DNA of 64,000 bases from the NCBI RefSeq assembly GCF_009914755.1, contig NC_060931.1; one strand, written 5' to 3'. Below the pieces are notes generated by a model. The model did no database searches and was not told where the DNA came from. It saw only the letters and a list, made by a program, of their open reading frames with translations. Source of the stretch: the human T2T-CHM13v2.0 reference genome, Homo sapiens. How positions within the stretch are numbered: position 1 is the stretch's first letter; each line of letters opens with the position of its first letter. Positions 46,142 through 60,499 of the stretch are shown here, piece after piece. Position numbers and translations under genes: made by a program.

Positions 46142-48956
46142 TCAGTGATGGAACTGAGGCCAAATCTGTCTGGTTCCAAAGCTATCCTACATGGGGCACA
46201 GTCAGGACTGGAATGGATAGCTCTACCTGCTTCCAAATATTCTTCCCTGGGGAGCAGCTGTGAGTCTTACTGAATCGATTTATTCATTGCATTCTATGTG
46301 TCAACTGCAATTTAGACCTGGGTGATAGAGTCATATATGGTCTTTGGACCCATGAAGCTCTGAGTCAAGGATACCAGCAGATATCCTTAAACTAATAAAA
46401 AAAGCGATGGCATCACATGCCATTTTGAACTTTTGCATTAAAGTCATAAACTTACATCAGTATTACGATTTATACTTTTAAGCAAAATTTTGCCATTTTC
46501 TGATACATAGTAGCTAGCTAGTGATAAAATTATGAAGTTACCATTGTATGTTCCAATGACATAAAAAACTAAGTGCCTGCTTGGGCTAGTTATACTCTGC
46601 AGTATACCCTGGTTTATTGTGAGGATTAAATAAAAAATCCTCACAAACCCCAATTTAATTTAATATAGATTAATTATAAAAATAATCTACCCATGTTACA
46701 TAATGTTAAATCTGTAGTTTCAAGGTGTATGCTATTTCTTAAAACAAAAACAAAGATTGTCCCCACTCCAAACAATAACAGCAATGGTGAAGGTTGTGGG
46801 TGGACAGAGGTAGTCCCACTCATCCCCAGGGGGCTCAGCTGCCACCGGCCAGGTCTATCTATTGCTCCCACCTGCTCTGACTGTTTTCTCTCAAGAAAAA
46901 GATTTTCATTTTAAGATAGGCATCAGTGCAATAAAGGAGCTTGATACAAAAATCATTATGTTCTATATATGTTTTTGTAGGTTTTAGATTAATTATGGCC
47001 AACTGATACCTTAAAATATTTGTTACAAATAACACTGAAGTGAGATTCAAAATTGTGCCTTCTATTGAAGCCAAGAAAGTAAATGTCTTTAAAATAAACA
47101 TAATGGTGTTTTTTTTTGGTACAATAAACAGCATACCTACATTTCAGAGGACAAATCATGTTATTATAATAACCAGGAGAGAAAATAAAAGGAGACATTA
47201 ATTTGGATATGGAAGCAAAATGGAACAGAGCAATATAGAGCAAAACAGAGGTTTGTCTGAAACATTTAAAATATTAAGAAGTATGACTAAAAAACTCAAA
47301 CATTTTAATACACGATGAATCCTTTTCTTAAGGAAAAAATGAAAATAATAAAAGTGGTATTTGGATGAGATAATTTTCCTTTAAATTTATTCCTCAGAAT
47401 GATGTAAATTTTCCAGCTGGAAGGTCATCTTTCTATACATGCATGCATCTATACAAATGGTTAAACAGTTACTCTCTCAATTTGCTGTGATAGGAAAGGT
47501 GGATATAAATATAAGCAAGGGTCTGATTAAAACAAAACAAAACAAACAAAAGACAAGAGAAGCACTGCATTGTTGGCAAGAAATTCCTTTTAAGTCAGAC
47601 TTAAGTCCACGGAAAGCTGGACCTAAGCAGTGAAGGATGTAAGGGAACAGAGAGAGACTCTGCTTGGCCGAGTTTGCTATTCTCATTTGTCTATGTCAAT
47701 ACGGCTACATAAAGTTCACAACTATTTGCACATAGCTATAAATATAGCATGAATAAAACACATATGTATTTAATTGTGTTATTTACTATTTATAATTTGA
47801 ATTGTTTAAAATAATTTTAAATACTTATTCCATAAACTCAGTATTTGAAAACTTAAAAAAAAAGTCATTTTAAATAACATCATTTACCAAGTCTGTGTGA
47901 TGCTTTACAAGGTACCTGATGAATGTAAAATTATAGCTTTTTGTCTTCATTTCTAATAGACTGTTATAGGGGAAATGTACTAAAATGTTGTACTTATTAC
48001 ATTTATGAATTTCTGACAGTTTCTATAGACTGAGAATAATGATATGCTTTTATAAATTATTTGGTGAAAGTTTTCCAGTAAGTGTTCATGTCCTGTACAA
48101 ATTTATTAAACAACATCAATTTTACCTAACAACTGTAACCACTAATAAATCATCAGTCACCACCTTTCCTGCATATCTGACAGATGGAGAACACTGTGCT
48201 TAGTGTTGAAGATACCAAAGGGAATTCAAGTGAGGGGAAAAGAGGAGAGCAAACTGATCAAAAGGGAATGCCCATGATGCTTTCAGGAAACCAGGGTGAG
48301 AACATGCTGGCTGGAGGATGGGTCTGGTTTCCAGCAGAGATGATAGGAGTTAAAAGGCATAGGTGAGTTGTTCCCATCCCTGGCCTGAGCCTTACTCCAT
48401 AGCTATAGAGACATAGTCTCTAGAAACAAAGGCCAGAGCATCCTTTTAACATTTATATCATAAGTATTCTCAATAAACGTTTGCAATTTATTTGCTTTAA
48501 TGTAACTTGGCAGTAAAGACTTTGGCCTTTGGAGGTCTGATTCTAATCCCAGTTCTACCACTTACTGGTTATTTATCAGGTACACGTTACCTACCTCTCT
48601 GTAACTCAGATTGCTCATCAGTAACATGGGGAGAGTGGTATCAACCACTAAGAGGATTAAATGAGTGAATATTTGTAAAACACGTAGCCTAGAATAGATA
48701 TTTATAAAGCACAAGATCTATGTAAAGTGTTTATAACATAATACATTGGAATATGAGACTTGAACATTTTGAAGATTCTAATAAATGAATAATTTAATTT
48801 AGTGCTCATTTGAAAAATATTTTATCCTCATGTTTACATTTAACACATATAATTTATATCTTAGTTTTTATCCCATTTATATATATATTTACCAGAAAAA
48901 TGTTTTGTAATACCTTAATTTTATGTGGAGTTGAATTTAAATAATTAGGCCGAATT

Positions 48957-49030
48957 TGTATGTATTGTTGGATGGGTATGTGTATTGACCTGATTTATAA
49001 AATAAAGTATTTATTAAACTGAGTTTTGCA
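48957..49030 (+). terminator. Distal polyadenylation signal (AATAAA 49001-49006, ATTAAA 49013-49018)
   Basis: Upstream TGTA (CFIm-type) motifs at ~48957-48984, tandem hexamers and a T-rich downstream tract. Repeat density rises again shortly after. Confidence 0.65.
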
Positions 49031-49489
49031 CTTCCAGGTAGAGTCACATTTAAGATAATCCTTTGAAATATTTTAGCTTTTGAAAGTAGATTAAGCAAGA
49101 TAAATAAAATGTATATACGTCATTAAAAATACTTAAAATGCTTTAAATATTTTGAGTTATTTAAAATATAATCCTTGAGGCTCACTCAAATATGTAACTT
49201 TTATTTCTCTTATTTAATGAAAGATGGACACTGCTGTACCCTGAAGTAGCATCTATAATATAATATCCCACGGAATTGACTGTGATAATACATTTCTGCT
49301 TTGTCATTTCTAAAAGTAAATGTAATGATTATGAAACCTCATATCGAGAAATATGGACTAACAGTAAGTAAATATCTTAGATTCAGATTTCTTTTTTTAA
49401 TGGAAACACTCTAGAGGCTCCTCTGCGCTGGCTTGGAGAAAGGCTTTTTAAAAAATAAATTAAAACCAAAAAGTATTTTTTCTTAAGGC

Positions 49490-50520
49490 TACGAACTTCC
49501 CATTCCGGAACTGGAAGATTAGGCAATTTAGAACAATCCTTCTGCCAAGGGCAACTGGAAAATCTGGGCAGAATAGACAGTTCTTCCTGAAGCCAGTGGA
49601 GAACTAAATACTTAGGAAAACCTACCAGACCAACGGCTGGAAAAGCCCAAATTAGAGTTTAGTCTGGCATTCTGAGCATTTTTCCCTGAGTACATTTCCT
49701 ATTGGAATAGCATGCTGAGAAGTTGAATAGCACTTTTTGACATTTCATGGAAAAAATGGAGCAAAATTTAGAGTCTGGGTATACAAAGGCGGGTAACCTC
49801 CCTATATGTGTTTGTAGCTCCACTGGGCTGCATTCAAGGTGCAGAGCTGATCTGAGGCTACACAAATACAATGGAGCAGAAACAACAATAGGTTCAGAAT
49901 CACAGTCTCCTAATGATGGAATAATCAGACCCAGATATAAAATAAATCTATATTCAAAGACTATAGGACAAAATTGGAAATTTCAGCAGAGGATTAGAAA
50001 CCTAAACTGACCTAGCAAAATTGAAAAGAACCAAAAAAAGATTTTTTGAACTGCAAAATGTAATAACTGAAATTAAAGACTTAGTTGACTGGATTTAACA
50101 GATTAGAAACAACTTAAGAGAAAAGAGTGAATCTGAAGACAGATCAAATGCAAAGAAGTACAGATAGAAAATGCAGAAGAGGTAAAGAATGTAGCAGATA
50201 CTAAGTTGAAGTTCCAAAAGGCAAAAAAGGATAGGATGGAACAGAAAAACAATGGTTAGGAAGAAAATGGCTGATGGCCTTCTAAAGTTGATGACAGACG
50301 ATAAAACAAAGAATTCCCAAGTAGCAGCACTACAGTGAAAGGAAGAAAAAATGAGAATCATAAAGGCAGCCAGAGGAAACAGATTCCATGTAAAAAAGAA
50401 TTATGACAATTGTGAATGTTTGATGCATGTTTAATATTCTTATCTTTGGATAAGAAAAGGAATTCTGAAGGCAGTTAAACATCTTTAATATGCTGAATGA
50501 AAAGAACTGCCAATTTAGAA
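49490..50520 (+). mobile_element. Decayed L1M 5'/ORF1 fragments
   Basis: A-rich ORF1-like motifs such as gtaataactgaaattaaa and aaaggcagccagagg. Confidence 0.6.
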
Positions 50521-50885
50521 TTCCATACATATAATTAATGCCCTATATAGTATACAGCTGTGACTTATTAAGACCTAATACTTATTGGTGCTTTTATCAT
50601 TTTTATAGACAATGTATTAACTATTCCCTCACCGTGTCTACTGTTTTGCTCTATCTTAATTCTGTGTGTTTTAAATATGAAAACTTCTTCTTCTTCTTCT
50701 AATAGTCATTATTCATTTAGCCACATCCCCACATTTGCCATTTTCTTGTTTTTTTATTGCTTCCTTCACCTTTCATTGTAAATCCTTTTCCCTCTGCCTG
50801 AAGAATACTCTTTAATATTTCTTTCGGTGAATTTCTACTGGTGATAATTTTTTCAGCTTTCATTTCATTAAAATATCTTTATTTA

Positions 50886-51265
<380 letters not shown>

Positions 51266-52099
51266 CTAGATCTTGATAAGGCAAGGAGGCATACCATAAT
51301 TTATAGGGTAATTTTTTATATGTAGCAGTGAATGAACAGGAGACAAAATGTTCATAAAATACATAAATACCTGAACAACAGAATTAACCAAGCTGACCTA
51401 GGAAACAGGTGCATAATTCTTCATGAAAAAATTACAAAATACAAGCATGTGGAAAATTTATAAACATTGACTTTACTCTGAGCTATAAAGTTTCATTATA
51501 AAGCATTGACATCACATGAATTATAAATCCTGATAATTCAATTAAACTATAACTCAACAAGAAAAACTATCAATAAATAAAATGTCTCCATATGTTGCAA
51601 ATTAAGAAACAAAATTCCAAGATGGGTGAGGTGGTACACACCTGTGGTCCCAGCTACTCAGGAGGCCAAGGTCAAAGGAGAAGTCATAATAGAATGGAAA
51701 AGGGGCTGTCACTAGAGACTCTGCAGTGTTAAGAAGATAATAAAATTATATTATGGGAGACTTCTGGTTCTGTCAAGATAGACTAGCCCCATTTCTCCTG
51801 GGTTCTCCCTCTTACTAGTAAAAACCCTTGACATAATACAACAAACAACCATTAAAAAACTCTGAAAGTTGGAAAGAAGGTGGTGGCTGCCCAAGGACTT
51901 CAGGATTTGAGGAACGACACCCCAGTCTGTTCCACGGCTTCCTTATTGCCTCCCATAAATCCCAGACCCACCAACAGGCACCGACCATAAACACTCCAAG
52001 AAAACCCAATGCACAGGAAAAGGATGATCTAACAGCAAAAAACTTTTCTAGCTATGTGCACCCTCCTCCAGGTAAACAACTACCTACCTCTGATTTGAA

Positions 52100-55000
52100 T
52101 GGGCCCAGCAGGAGCTGGCCTCTTCATCCACTCTCCAGGCATGAAAGCAGGCAGCACTCCTGACCCCTGTTTGGTAGTATCTGGTCCATTTCTCCACCTC
52201 CTGTGCTGAGAAGTGGTCTAAGTACTGGTCATATGTTCTTTTGTGCAGGATTACATGAGTGGGCATCAGCCTTCCTATTAGCCTCTGGGTGGTGGTGAGA
52301 TATAGTATGTACAGATATAGTATGCACACACACACAGTGAGTACGTATACATCCCTGTAAAGATGAACCAGTGGACAGGGGCCAGATGGCACTAATTTGC
52401 TACTGAGTGGATGATTGGTGTCCCTGGGGAACAGTGCTACATCAGGACCCAGTGTTGGCCTCTGTTCCAGATAGGTTAGACATTGAGAGGTGGTAGTAGC
52501 TAGACAAGCCTGGGAAAGCAGGTGTCCATGCTATTGGGTGCATATGTCACTCCATCGCTCTATCCTGGCTGCTCCCTCCATATGTCTATGTGGGATTCTG
52601 ATGGAGCTGATGATGAAAGATGGCCAATGCCAATCACCTGGAAAAAATTACCTACTTGGTTGTTCAGAGCCTCTTTTAAGGTACATGTTTTCTGCTGAGT
52701 GTTAACTATGTGACTGAAAAGTCTTCACACTTTGCACTCATGTCCATACATCCATCCACAGGCCTCTGCCTCAGACCTCCTTGTCTCCAGTCTTTTGGTC
52801 TTTCCTTCCAGGCCCCTGGCTGCAGCCACATCATCGGCCGCTGTCAAAGAATTACACATATTCTCCCCTCTCCACTGTCTTTCAGATCTCCCTCTAAAAT
52901 AGGGCAGTCACTATCAAATTTTGGCTTCACCCACTGACAGAACCCATAAATCAACCTTGGGGTTTTTCCTCATGTTGAGCTTGGGGAAGGGAAATGGTAT
53001 GATTGTTGTGGGTAATTTGGAAGTTTGGTCTGTCAGCGAATGTAGCTTACTTGGGCCCTCAGGACCTGCTTGGACTCAGTCCTGAATGGACTGCTGTTGG
53101 GTCAGTGGACTCTGCATAATGGGCAGTTCTGTGTAGTCACTTGGTGCCCCATAGTGAAGCATTCCATCTGCCTGTAGTTGTTGCATTACTATCTCTACCT
53201 TTCCTCCCATCAATCCTGGCCAATAGAGAAAACCCACCAATTAGGTGTTTAGCGATGCTGGTGCTGCTTAGAGAACAAGTGTGTCCCTGATAGTGCCATG
53301 AATGGTGTGTCCTTGAGTCCTCTTGTGGAACATAATGCTCTGTTGGGTTATTTTAACTTCATATAATTTATCAGCTCCAGCATTCCCAATTCCATCAGCT
53401 TCTCTATTCCTTCTTCTACTACCTGCAGCTTAGGCATTTCTCATTTACTGTGTTGCCCATCACTTTTTCTAGCAGTAAGTTTGCCCAAAGTCTTCAATCT
53501 TGTTAAAGCCCTCAGTTTCTCATTCCTTTTCAAAGCATCTGCTTCACTTAACAGTTGTCAGCCAATTTTGCTGTCCTTGGTGGCACCCTTGTCTCCTTCT
53601 TAGGCCTAAGCCATAACACCTGCATGCACAAGCCATTCAGAAGGGTACCCTCTTTGCCCACGGGGTGGGCAGTGAATGAATCGCAGAGACCCATCCCACT
53701 GCCTGTATTCTCAGACCACTTCTGGCTCCTGGCATCACTTGGGTTACTTTGGATCCTCTGAGAAACTGTCACAAAAATAGGATTAGACATGTAAGAGATG
53801 TATTATAGTTTAAAATGTCTGTAAGAGAAAAAGGGAAGGAAGAGAGGAGGGGCTGGGAGATCCTCTGGATAATAATGCAGGAGAGCAGGAAGGAGGGAAG
53901 GCCTTAGACTCCACTTAGCTTTGAGAAGCAACTGGCTGCAGAGGAGCGGCCCTCCAGCCATAGCGGCCGCAGGAAATTCTCACATAGCCGGGAAAGACTG
54001 GCAGCAGGCCTCTGCTGTGCTCAGTCTAGAAGCACAGACGCAGTGCAAACACAGTGGAATCAGAGTGCAGCAATGGAGCCACTGGTCAGTGACTCCTTAC
54101 AGCAGAAGGTCAGAGAGCCACATTTTCATAGCTGCCATACCTTCATTCTGTGCTATTACCAACCCCGCCTATATTGAGTGTTGTAGTCTTCAATTAACTT
54201 TTACCACAGGACAAGAGAGTACTCAGATATGTCACAGAGGATCTCCCCAACTCTGTTGTGTAATGGCAACCCAATTTCCCCTTCATGGTTAGGATCAATC
54301 ACTCCAGCCAGTACAGTAACTTATTTTGTGCCAGCTGGTTCAACAACATGAGGTGGCAGTCCTGGGTTTCAGTTTATTAGAAGCATTCCTCCCTTGGGAA
54401 GTATGACTTCCAAATTAGCAGAGTCCAAAATTACAGAGACAGGAAGCAAATGTTTGCTAGTGGATATCCAGGGTAGTAGTGAGAATCTATTTCCATCAAC
54501 ACCCCTCCAACCCACACACAATTCTGAGACCCATGAATCTTAATCATGGAAGCAACAGCACCATATATTAGAGTCATATTGGAAGGGAGAGTTCTAGGGG
54601 CTTCCACTATGACCTCCTTACAATATTCACAAAAACACCATTGACCATAGAACCAAAGAGGGTGATTTGGCAAATTGCTATTAGTTGCTGATTCAGAGCA
54701 AAAAAATCACACCCAGGAGGAAATTACACTAGCTCAACTAAGTGATGTCACCCAGCTGGCACCATAAGCGTACTCAGCAGCCCATTCCACCATTCTATTA
54801 CCCCAGATGCTACAAGGTAATGGAGAACGTGGTACGACCAATGAATTACATGAGTATGAGCCCACTGCCACATGTCATTAAATATGAGTTCCCTGGTCAG
54901 TAGCACTGCTGTGAAGAAAATGACAGCAATAAATTTATTTAGTAAGTCTACAGATGGTGGTTTTGGCAGAAATACTGTAGTCAGGGAAAGCAAATTTGTG

Positions 55001-56000
55001 ACAGATTTCGATATGAACACAGCATTGCCCCTCTCATGATGAACTTGATCCAATGTAATCAACCTGGTACCAGGTGGCTGGCTCTCTCCCTGGTCAGCGT
55101 TGCCATATTGGGGACTCCTTGGTAGACTCTGCTGTTAGAAAATTGGGCACTCAGAAGAGCTGTAGCTAGATTATGCCTTGGTAACCATGCAGACCTTCCA
55201 TCTTTGTTTTCATGGCCACTTTGTTCATGACCCTATTGGCAAGGAAGGAAGAGGCTGACCAATGCCCACAGGAGTCATGTTGTCCACTGGGTTACTAAGG
55301 TTATTTGCTGAGTTTCTCATTAGTGTGCATTCCTATGTGCTGTGTGCTTGTTTGGAGATATCTAGTTACATACACTTTTCTCACAACACTGTCACCAAAT
55401 TTCCAATCTTATTCCTTCTATGCCTCTGATCAGTGGGCCAAATTGTTGACTTATTGCTTAAAAATCTGTGCAGTCCATACTTCTAGTCATCTCTCATTCT
55501 TAACAAGGTTGACAGACTGGTGTACTTCTCAGAGCCTTATCTATTGATATTTCTCTTCCCCACTCTCCTTCAGGACCACCCCTGTGGGTAGGGCTGTCTA
55601 CTTGTGGCTGCTGCCAACATACTATGTACAGCACTCTATAACTGATGCTCAGATTTTATAAAGAACTTCCCATGAGGTCACAGGTGCAGGCTGAAGTGGA
55701 GTGGCAGGAACGGAAACCATGAAGGTCTGAGACACTTGTTTGTGCAACTTACCACTCCCTCGGGACCTGCTTGAGCCCAATCTTGTACACACCAGTACAC
55801 CATTCCCAGTGGATGGAAGAGTGCTGCTATGCATACCCAACTCCATGGCTCAGTGGGTTAGATAACGCCTACCTCATGATGTAGCTCAGATTACATAGTA
55901 ACTTGTTGGCCCAAACTGGAACCGGCACAAATCCAAAAGCTGTTTCTCAAAAGGAGAATAGTTATCTACAAAGAATAGCATGGCTTTCTCTAACATCCCA
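52100..56000 (-). mobile_element. ERVL-class internal remnants (pol: RT-RNaseH linker, integrase) flanking an LTR16-like segment at ~53770-54140
   Basis: Minus-strand translation gives WQWAHTHVIHWSYHV...GVIEWWNGLL (~54770-54870, ERVL integrase-like), DNYSPFEKQLL (~55934-55966) and TMGHQVT (~53135-53155). Confidence 0.75.
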
Positions 56001-57928
56001 AAGGTTCACACACTGTGTCCAAGAGTCCACACAACACCTTTATCTGCTATGACACTCTGAGCATACTTGTACCACTGGGTCACATTTTCCAAGCAGAGAG
56101 CACCTTTCACAGTGGCCTGGAATGATTGCAGAGCCAGTTTCCACTCCAAGCCTCATCCAAAATTGGCAGTTTTCCCAGTGACTTAAGAAATGAGCATGCC
56201 CAATGGAAATAAATGTTGACTCCCAAATCAAGAGGGTCCTCCTCACTCTAGACATTGAGCCTCTTTCTTGATTAAAGAAGTCAGATAAATGTGTCCATAG
56301 TCATGGAAGGATATGAACATGCCCTGGATCACAGGAAGATGAACTGGATGCAGAAAGAAGGAGAGATGCACCTCCGCATCTTTTGTCACCATGCTTGATC
56401 AGGATGATACAACACAACACAACCCAGCAAAAGAGAACTGTCCTGCCCCTGAAAAATCCAAATCTGGCCGATGACAGCCTGTGAGTGTCTTAGGCCTCTG
56501 ACTTCTCAAAGAAAGTGAAATGAAATATAGTGCAGCTTCCAGAAAGGGGAATGCAAGGAATAAGGAAGACAACCACACAGGATAGAACCAGGGACCAACC
56601 AACAAACTAAAACCAAGTTGATAGCAGGAAGGTCTCACTGTATCATGTCCACCTGGATAAGTACTGAGATGAGTTTTGCTTTCCTCCATTTTCTGCAAGG
56701 GAGTTTTAAATTAGTTACTCTATTCTTTCTCATGCATTTTATGAGGTGGGGGCAGATAAACTGTCTAGACCATATGAGCCCTAGACCTGATGTAAACTTC
56801 TATATATCATCCGTGACTCAACATGCATTAACTGAGATGCAGTAACTGGATGACAGTTTGAAGTTGTATTACATGCAGAGGAGAATGGGGACATTAAATG
56901 TACATGTTACTAATGTGAAGGGTGTGTATCAACGCACACAAGTTAAAGAGATGATTTGTATAAGAAAAAGACACTGGCCTGTTCAACACTCATTCAAAGT
57001 CCTTGTCCCCTTTTAAATTATTTTTTCTATTAATCAGAATTTAAAAATGAAGTTATCACTTTCTAGTCTCCCTTATAGTATCAGGTAACCCTGTGACACT
57101 ATTCTGTTCAATATAATGTAAAAGTCCTGTAGAGGGTTTTTCATTTTTATGTTTCTTTCTGAATGGAAGGCCAATTAAGAGCCTGGAGGCATAAGAGCAC
57201 CTGCAACCATGAGGACAAAAGCTGCACTAAGGACTGGGGGCAAGAGTACAAGTAGTCCGAGGCCAGGAGGATGCTGCAGAGCCACTGCACCAGCTAAGGG
57301 GAACCACTGAATCAGGGCCCTCAGGATCTTGCCACAAAACCAAATTGTAACTGACACACGTCTTCACCATTACCAGCTGTGTAAACCCGGGAAGGTATTT
57401 AATTATTGTGACTCATTTTCCTCATGTACTAGTTAGAGTAACAGTAACTCACAAACTCCGGCAAATTAAATATAAAAATCTATGTGATGGGTTTCAAACA
57501 AAACCTTTCACATAATAAACACTCAATAAATAACTACCATCAGCAACAGCAACATTATTACATGAGGAAAGTTAAACCTCACTAATACAAAAAAAATGAA
57601 AATTAATAGAGGAAGAAACTATTTCTATATATCACATTAAATGAATGACTTAAAAACGATACTGGAGAACATGCAATAAAATATGTATTCTGATATATCA
57701 TTGGTGGCACTAGAAATTGGTATAATCCTTAGAAAATACACTTGGCAAGTGGTCCAGAAGATTAGAAATACCTAAACCTAGCACTTCTACTTCTGAGTAT
57801 TTAGCATGAAAAAAAACTTTAAAATACCACAAAATCTAAAGTAAAAAGATGTCAACTGTAATGCAACATATAATAGTGAAAACTTGGAAGCAATAAAAAT
57901 GTCCAACAATTAGAATGGCTTAACCATA

Positions 57929-60139
57929 TGATTTGGTTTGGCTCTACGTCCCACTTAAATCTCACCTTGAATTGTAATATTCCCCACATGTTGTGGGAGG
58001 GCCCAAGTGGGAGGTAATTGAATAGTGGGGGCAAGTTTTTCCTGTGCTGTTCTCATGATAATGAATAAGTCTCACAAGATCTGATGGTTTTATAAAGGGA
58101 GAGCTCTGCTGCGCATGCTCTCTTGCCTGCCACCATGTAAGATGTGACTTTGCTCCTCATTTGCCTTCTGTCATGATTGTGAGGGCTTCCCCGCCATGTG
58201 GAACTGTGAGTCAATCAAGCCTCTTTCCTTTATAAATTACCCAGTCTTGGGTATGTCTTTATTAGCAGCATGAGAACAGACTAATACAGTACATTGGTAC
58301 TGGGAGTGGGGCACTGCTGAAAAGATACCTGAAAACGTGGAAGCTTTGGAACTAGGTAACGGGCAGAGGTTGGGACAGTTTGGAGGGCTCAGAAGAAGAC
58401 AAGAAAATGTGGGAAAGTTTGGAACTTTCTAGAGATGTATTGAATAGTTTTGCCCAAAATTCTGATAGCAATATGGACAATGAAGTCCAGGTTGAGGTGG
58501 TCTCAAATGGAAATGAGGAGCTTGTTGGAAACTGGAGTAAAAGTCACTCTTGCTATGCAAAGAGACTGGTGGCATTTTGCCCTGCCCTAGAGATCTGTGG
58601 AACTTTGAACTTGAGAGAGATGATTTACGGTACCCAGTGGAAGAACCTTCTAAGCAGAAAAGTGTTCAAGAAGAAGCAGATCATAAAAGTTTGGAAAATT
58701 TGCAGCCTGACGATGGGATAGAAAAGAAAAACCCATTTTCTGGGGAGAAATTCAAGCCAGCTGCAGAAATTTGCATAAGTACTGAGGAGCCAAATGTTAA
58801 TCACCAAGACAATAGGATAATGTCTCCAGGGCATGTCAGACACCTTCACAGCAGCCCCTCCCATCACAGGCCTGGAGGCCTAGGAGGAAAAAATGGTTTT
58901 GTGGGCAAGGCCTAGGGCCCCCCTGCTCTCTGCAGCCTAGGGCCATGGTGCCCTGCACGTTCCAGCTGCTTCAGCTCCAGCTGTGGCTAAACAGGGCCAA
59001 TGTACACCTCAGGTCACTGCTTCAGAGGGAAGAAGCCCCAAGCCTTGTAAATTTACATGTGGTATTGGGCCTGTGGGTACACAGAGGTCAAGAACTGAGG
59101 TTTGGGAACCTCCGCCTAGATTTCAGAGGATGTACGGAAATGCCTGGATGTCCAGGCAGAGGTGTGCTGCAGGGGTGGAGTTCTCATGGAGAACCTCTGC
59201 TAAGGCAGTGTGGAAGGGAAATGTGAGGTGGGAGCCCCCACATGGAGTCCTCACTGGGGTACTGCCTATTGGAGCTGTGAGAAGAGGGCCACCATCCTCC
59301 CAACCCCAGAATGGTAGAACCACCAACAGATTGCACCATGCACCTGGAAAAGCCACAGAACACCAGCCTGTGAAAGCAGCCAGAAGGGAAGCTGTACCCT
59401 GCAAAGCCACAGGGGTGGAGCTTCCCAAGGCTGTGGGAACCCACCTCTTGCATCAGCATGACCTGGATGTGAGACATGGAGTCAAAGGAGATCATTTCAG
59501 AGCTTTAAGATTTGGCTGCCCTGCTGGATTTTGGACTTGCATGGGGCCTGCAGCCCCTTCGTTTTGGCCAATTTCTCCCATTAGGAATGGGCGTATTTAC
59601 CCAAAGCTTGTACCCACAGTATCTAGGAAGTAACTAACTTGCTTTTGATTTTACAGGCTCATAGGCAGAAGGGACTTGCCTTGTCTCAGATTGAGTTAAT
59701 GCTGAAATGAATTAAGACTTGGGGGACTGTTGGGAAGGTATGATTGGTTTTGAAATGTGAGGACATGAGATTTGGGAGGGGTCACAGGTGAAACTATATG
59801 GTTTAGCTGTGTCCCCACCCAAATCTCACCTTGAATTGTAATAATCCCCACATATCAAGGGTGGGGCCAGGTGGGGATAATTGAATCATGGAAGCAGTTT
59901 CCCCCATACTGTTCTCCTGGTAGTAAGCCTCACAAGATCTGATGGTTTTATAAATGGGAGTTCCCCTGCTCATGTTCTCTTGCCTGCCACCATGCAAGAC
60001 GTGACTTTACTCCTCATTTGCCTTCTGCCATGACTGTGAGGCTTCCTCAGCCATGTGGAACTGTGAGTCAAACCTCTCCTTTATAAATTACCCAGTCTTG
60101 GGCATGTCTTTATTAGCAGTGTGAGAACAGACTAATAGA
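57929..60139 (+). mobile_element. Full-length THE1 (THE1B-like) MaLR provirus: LTR 57929-58288, internal region, LTR ~59794-60139
   Basis: Two ~350-bp LTRs, a ~1.5-kb THE1 internal sequence and a perfect 5-bp TSD ccata at 57924-57928 and 60140-60144. Confidence 0.92.
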
Positions 60140-60499
60140 CCATATTATAGTTTTTTTGCTGAAATGTATGAAATATTATAGTGATAAAATTATGTTAATG
60201 AAGTGAATAAAATAGTATGGAAATATATATATCATAATATTAAGGAAAATACTCACTACATATGGTACCTATAGCATGAATAAAAAAGTCACACTAAAGT
60301 AGGAAATTTACCAAAATGTTAACACTGCTGACATCTAGGTTATGAAACTATAAGTGATATTTTCCCCTGACTTCTAATCCTCTACTTTACAAATTTCCTG
60401 TAATTAATACTGTATCAATTAGAATATTTTTAGCTGCAAGTAACAGAAAACCTAACTTGCTTAAACAAAAGAAACTTTCTTATTTGACAGAACTAAGAA

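Larger units (their letters stand above)
39258..49022 (+). other. VWC2: VWC2 3'UTR: short form to ~39500-39615, extended form to ~49020
   Basis: Follows the stop codon. AT-rich and nearly free of transposons (one Alu, a few MIR traces) for ~10 kb, ending at a strong poly(A) signal cluster. Confidence 0.7.

Noticed and set aside
58380-59633. ORFs of 113, 121 and 216 aa
   Set aside because: These are fragments of the frameshifted THE1 internal ORF, not a host gene.
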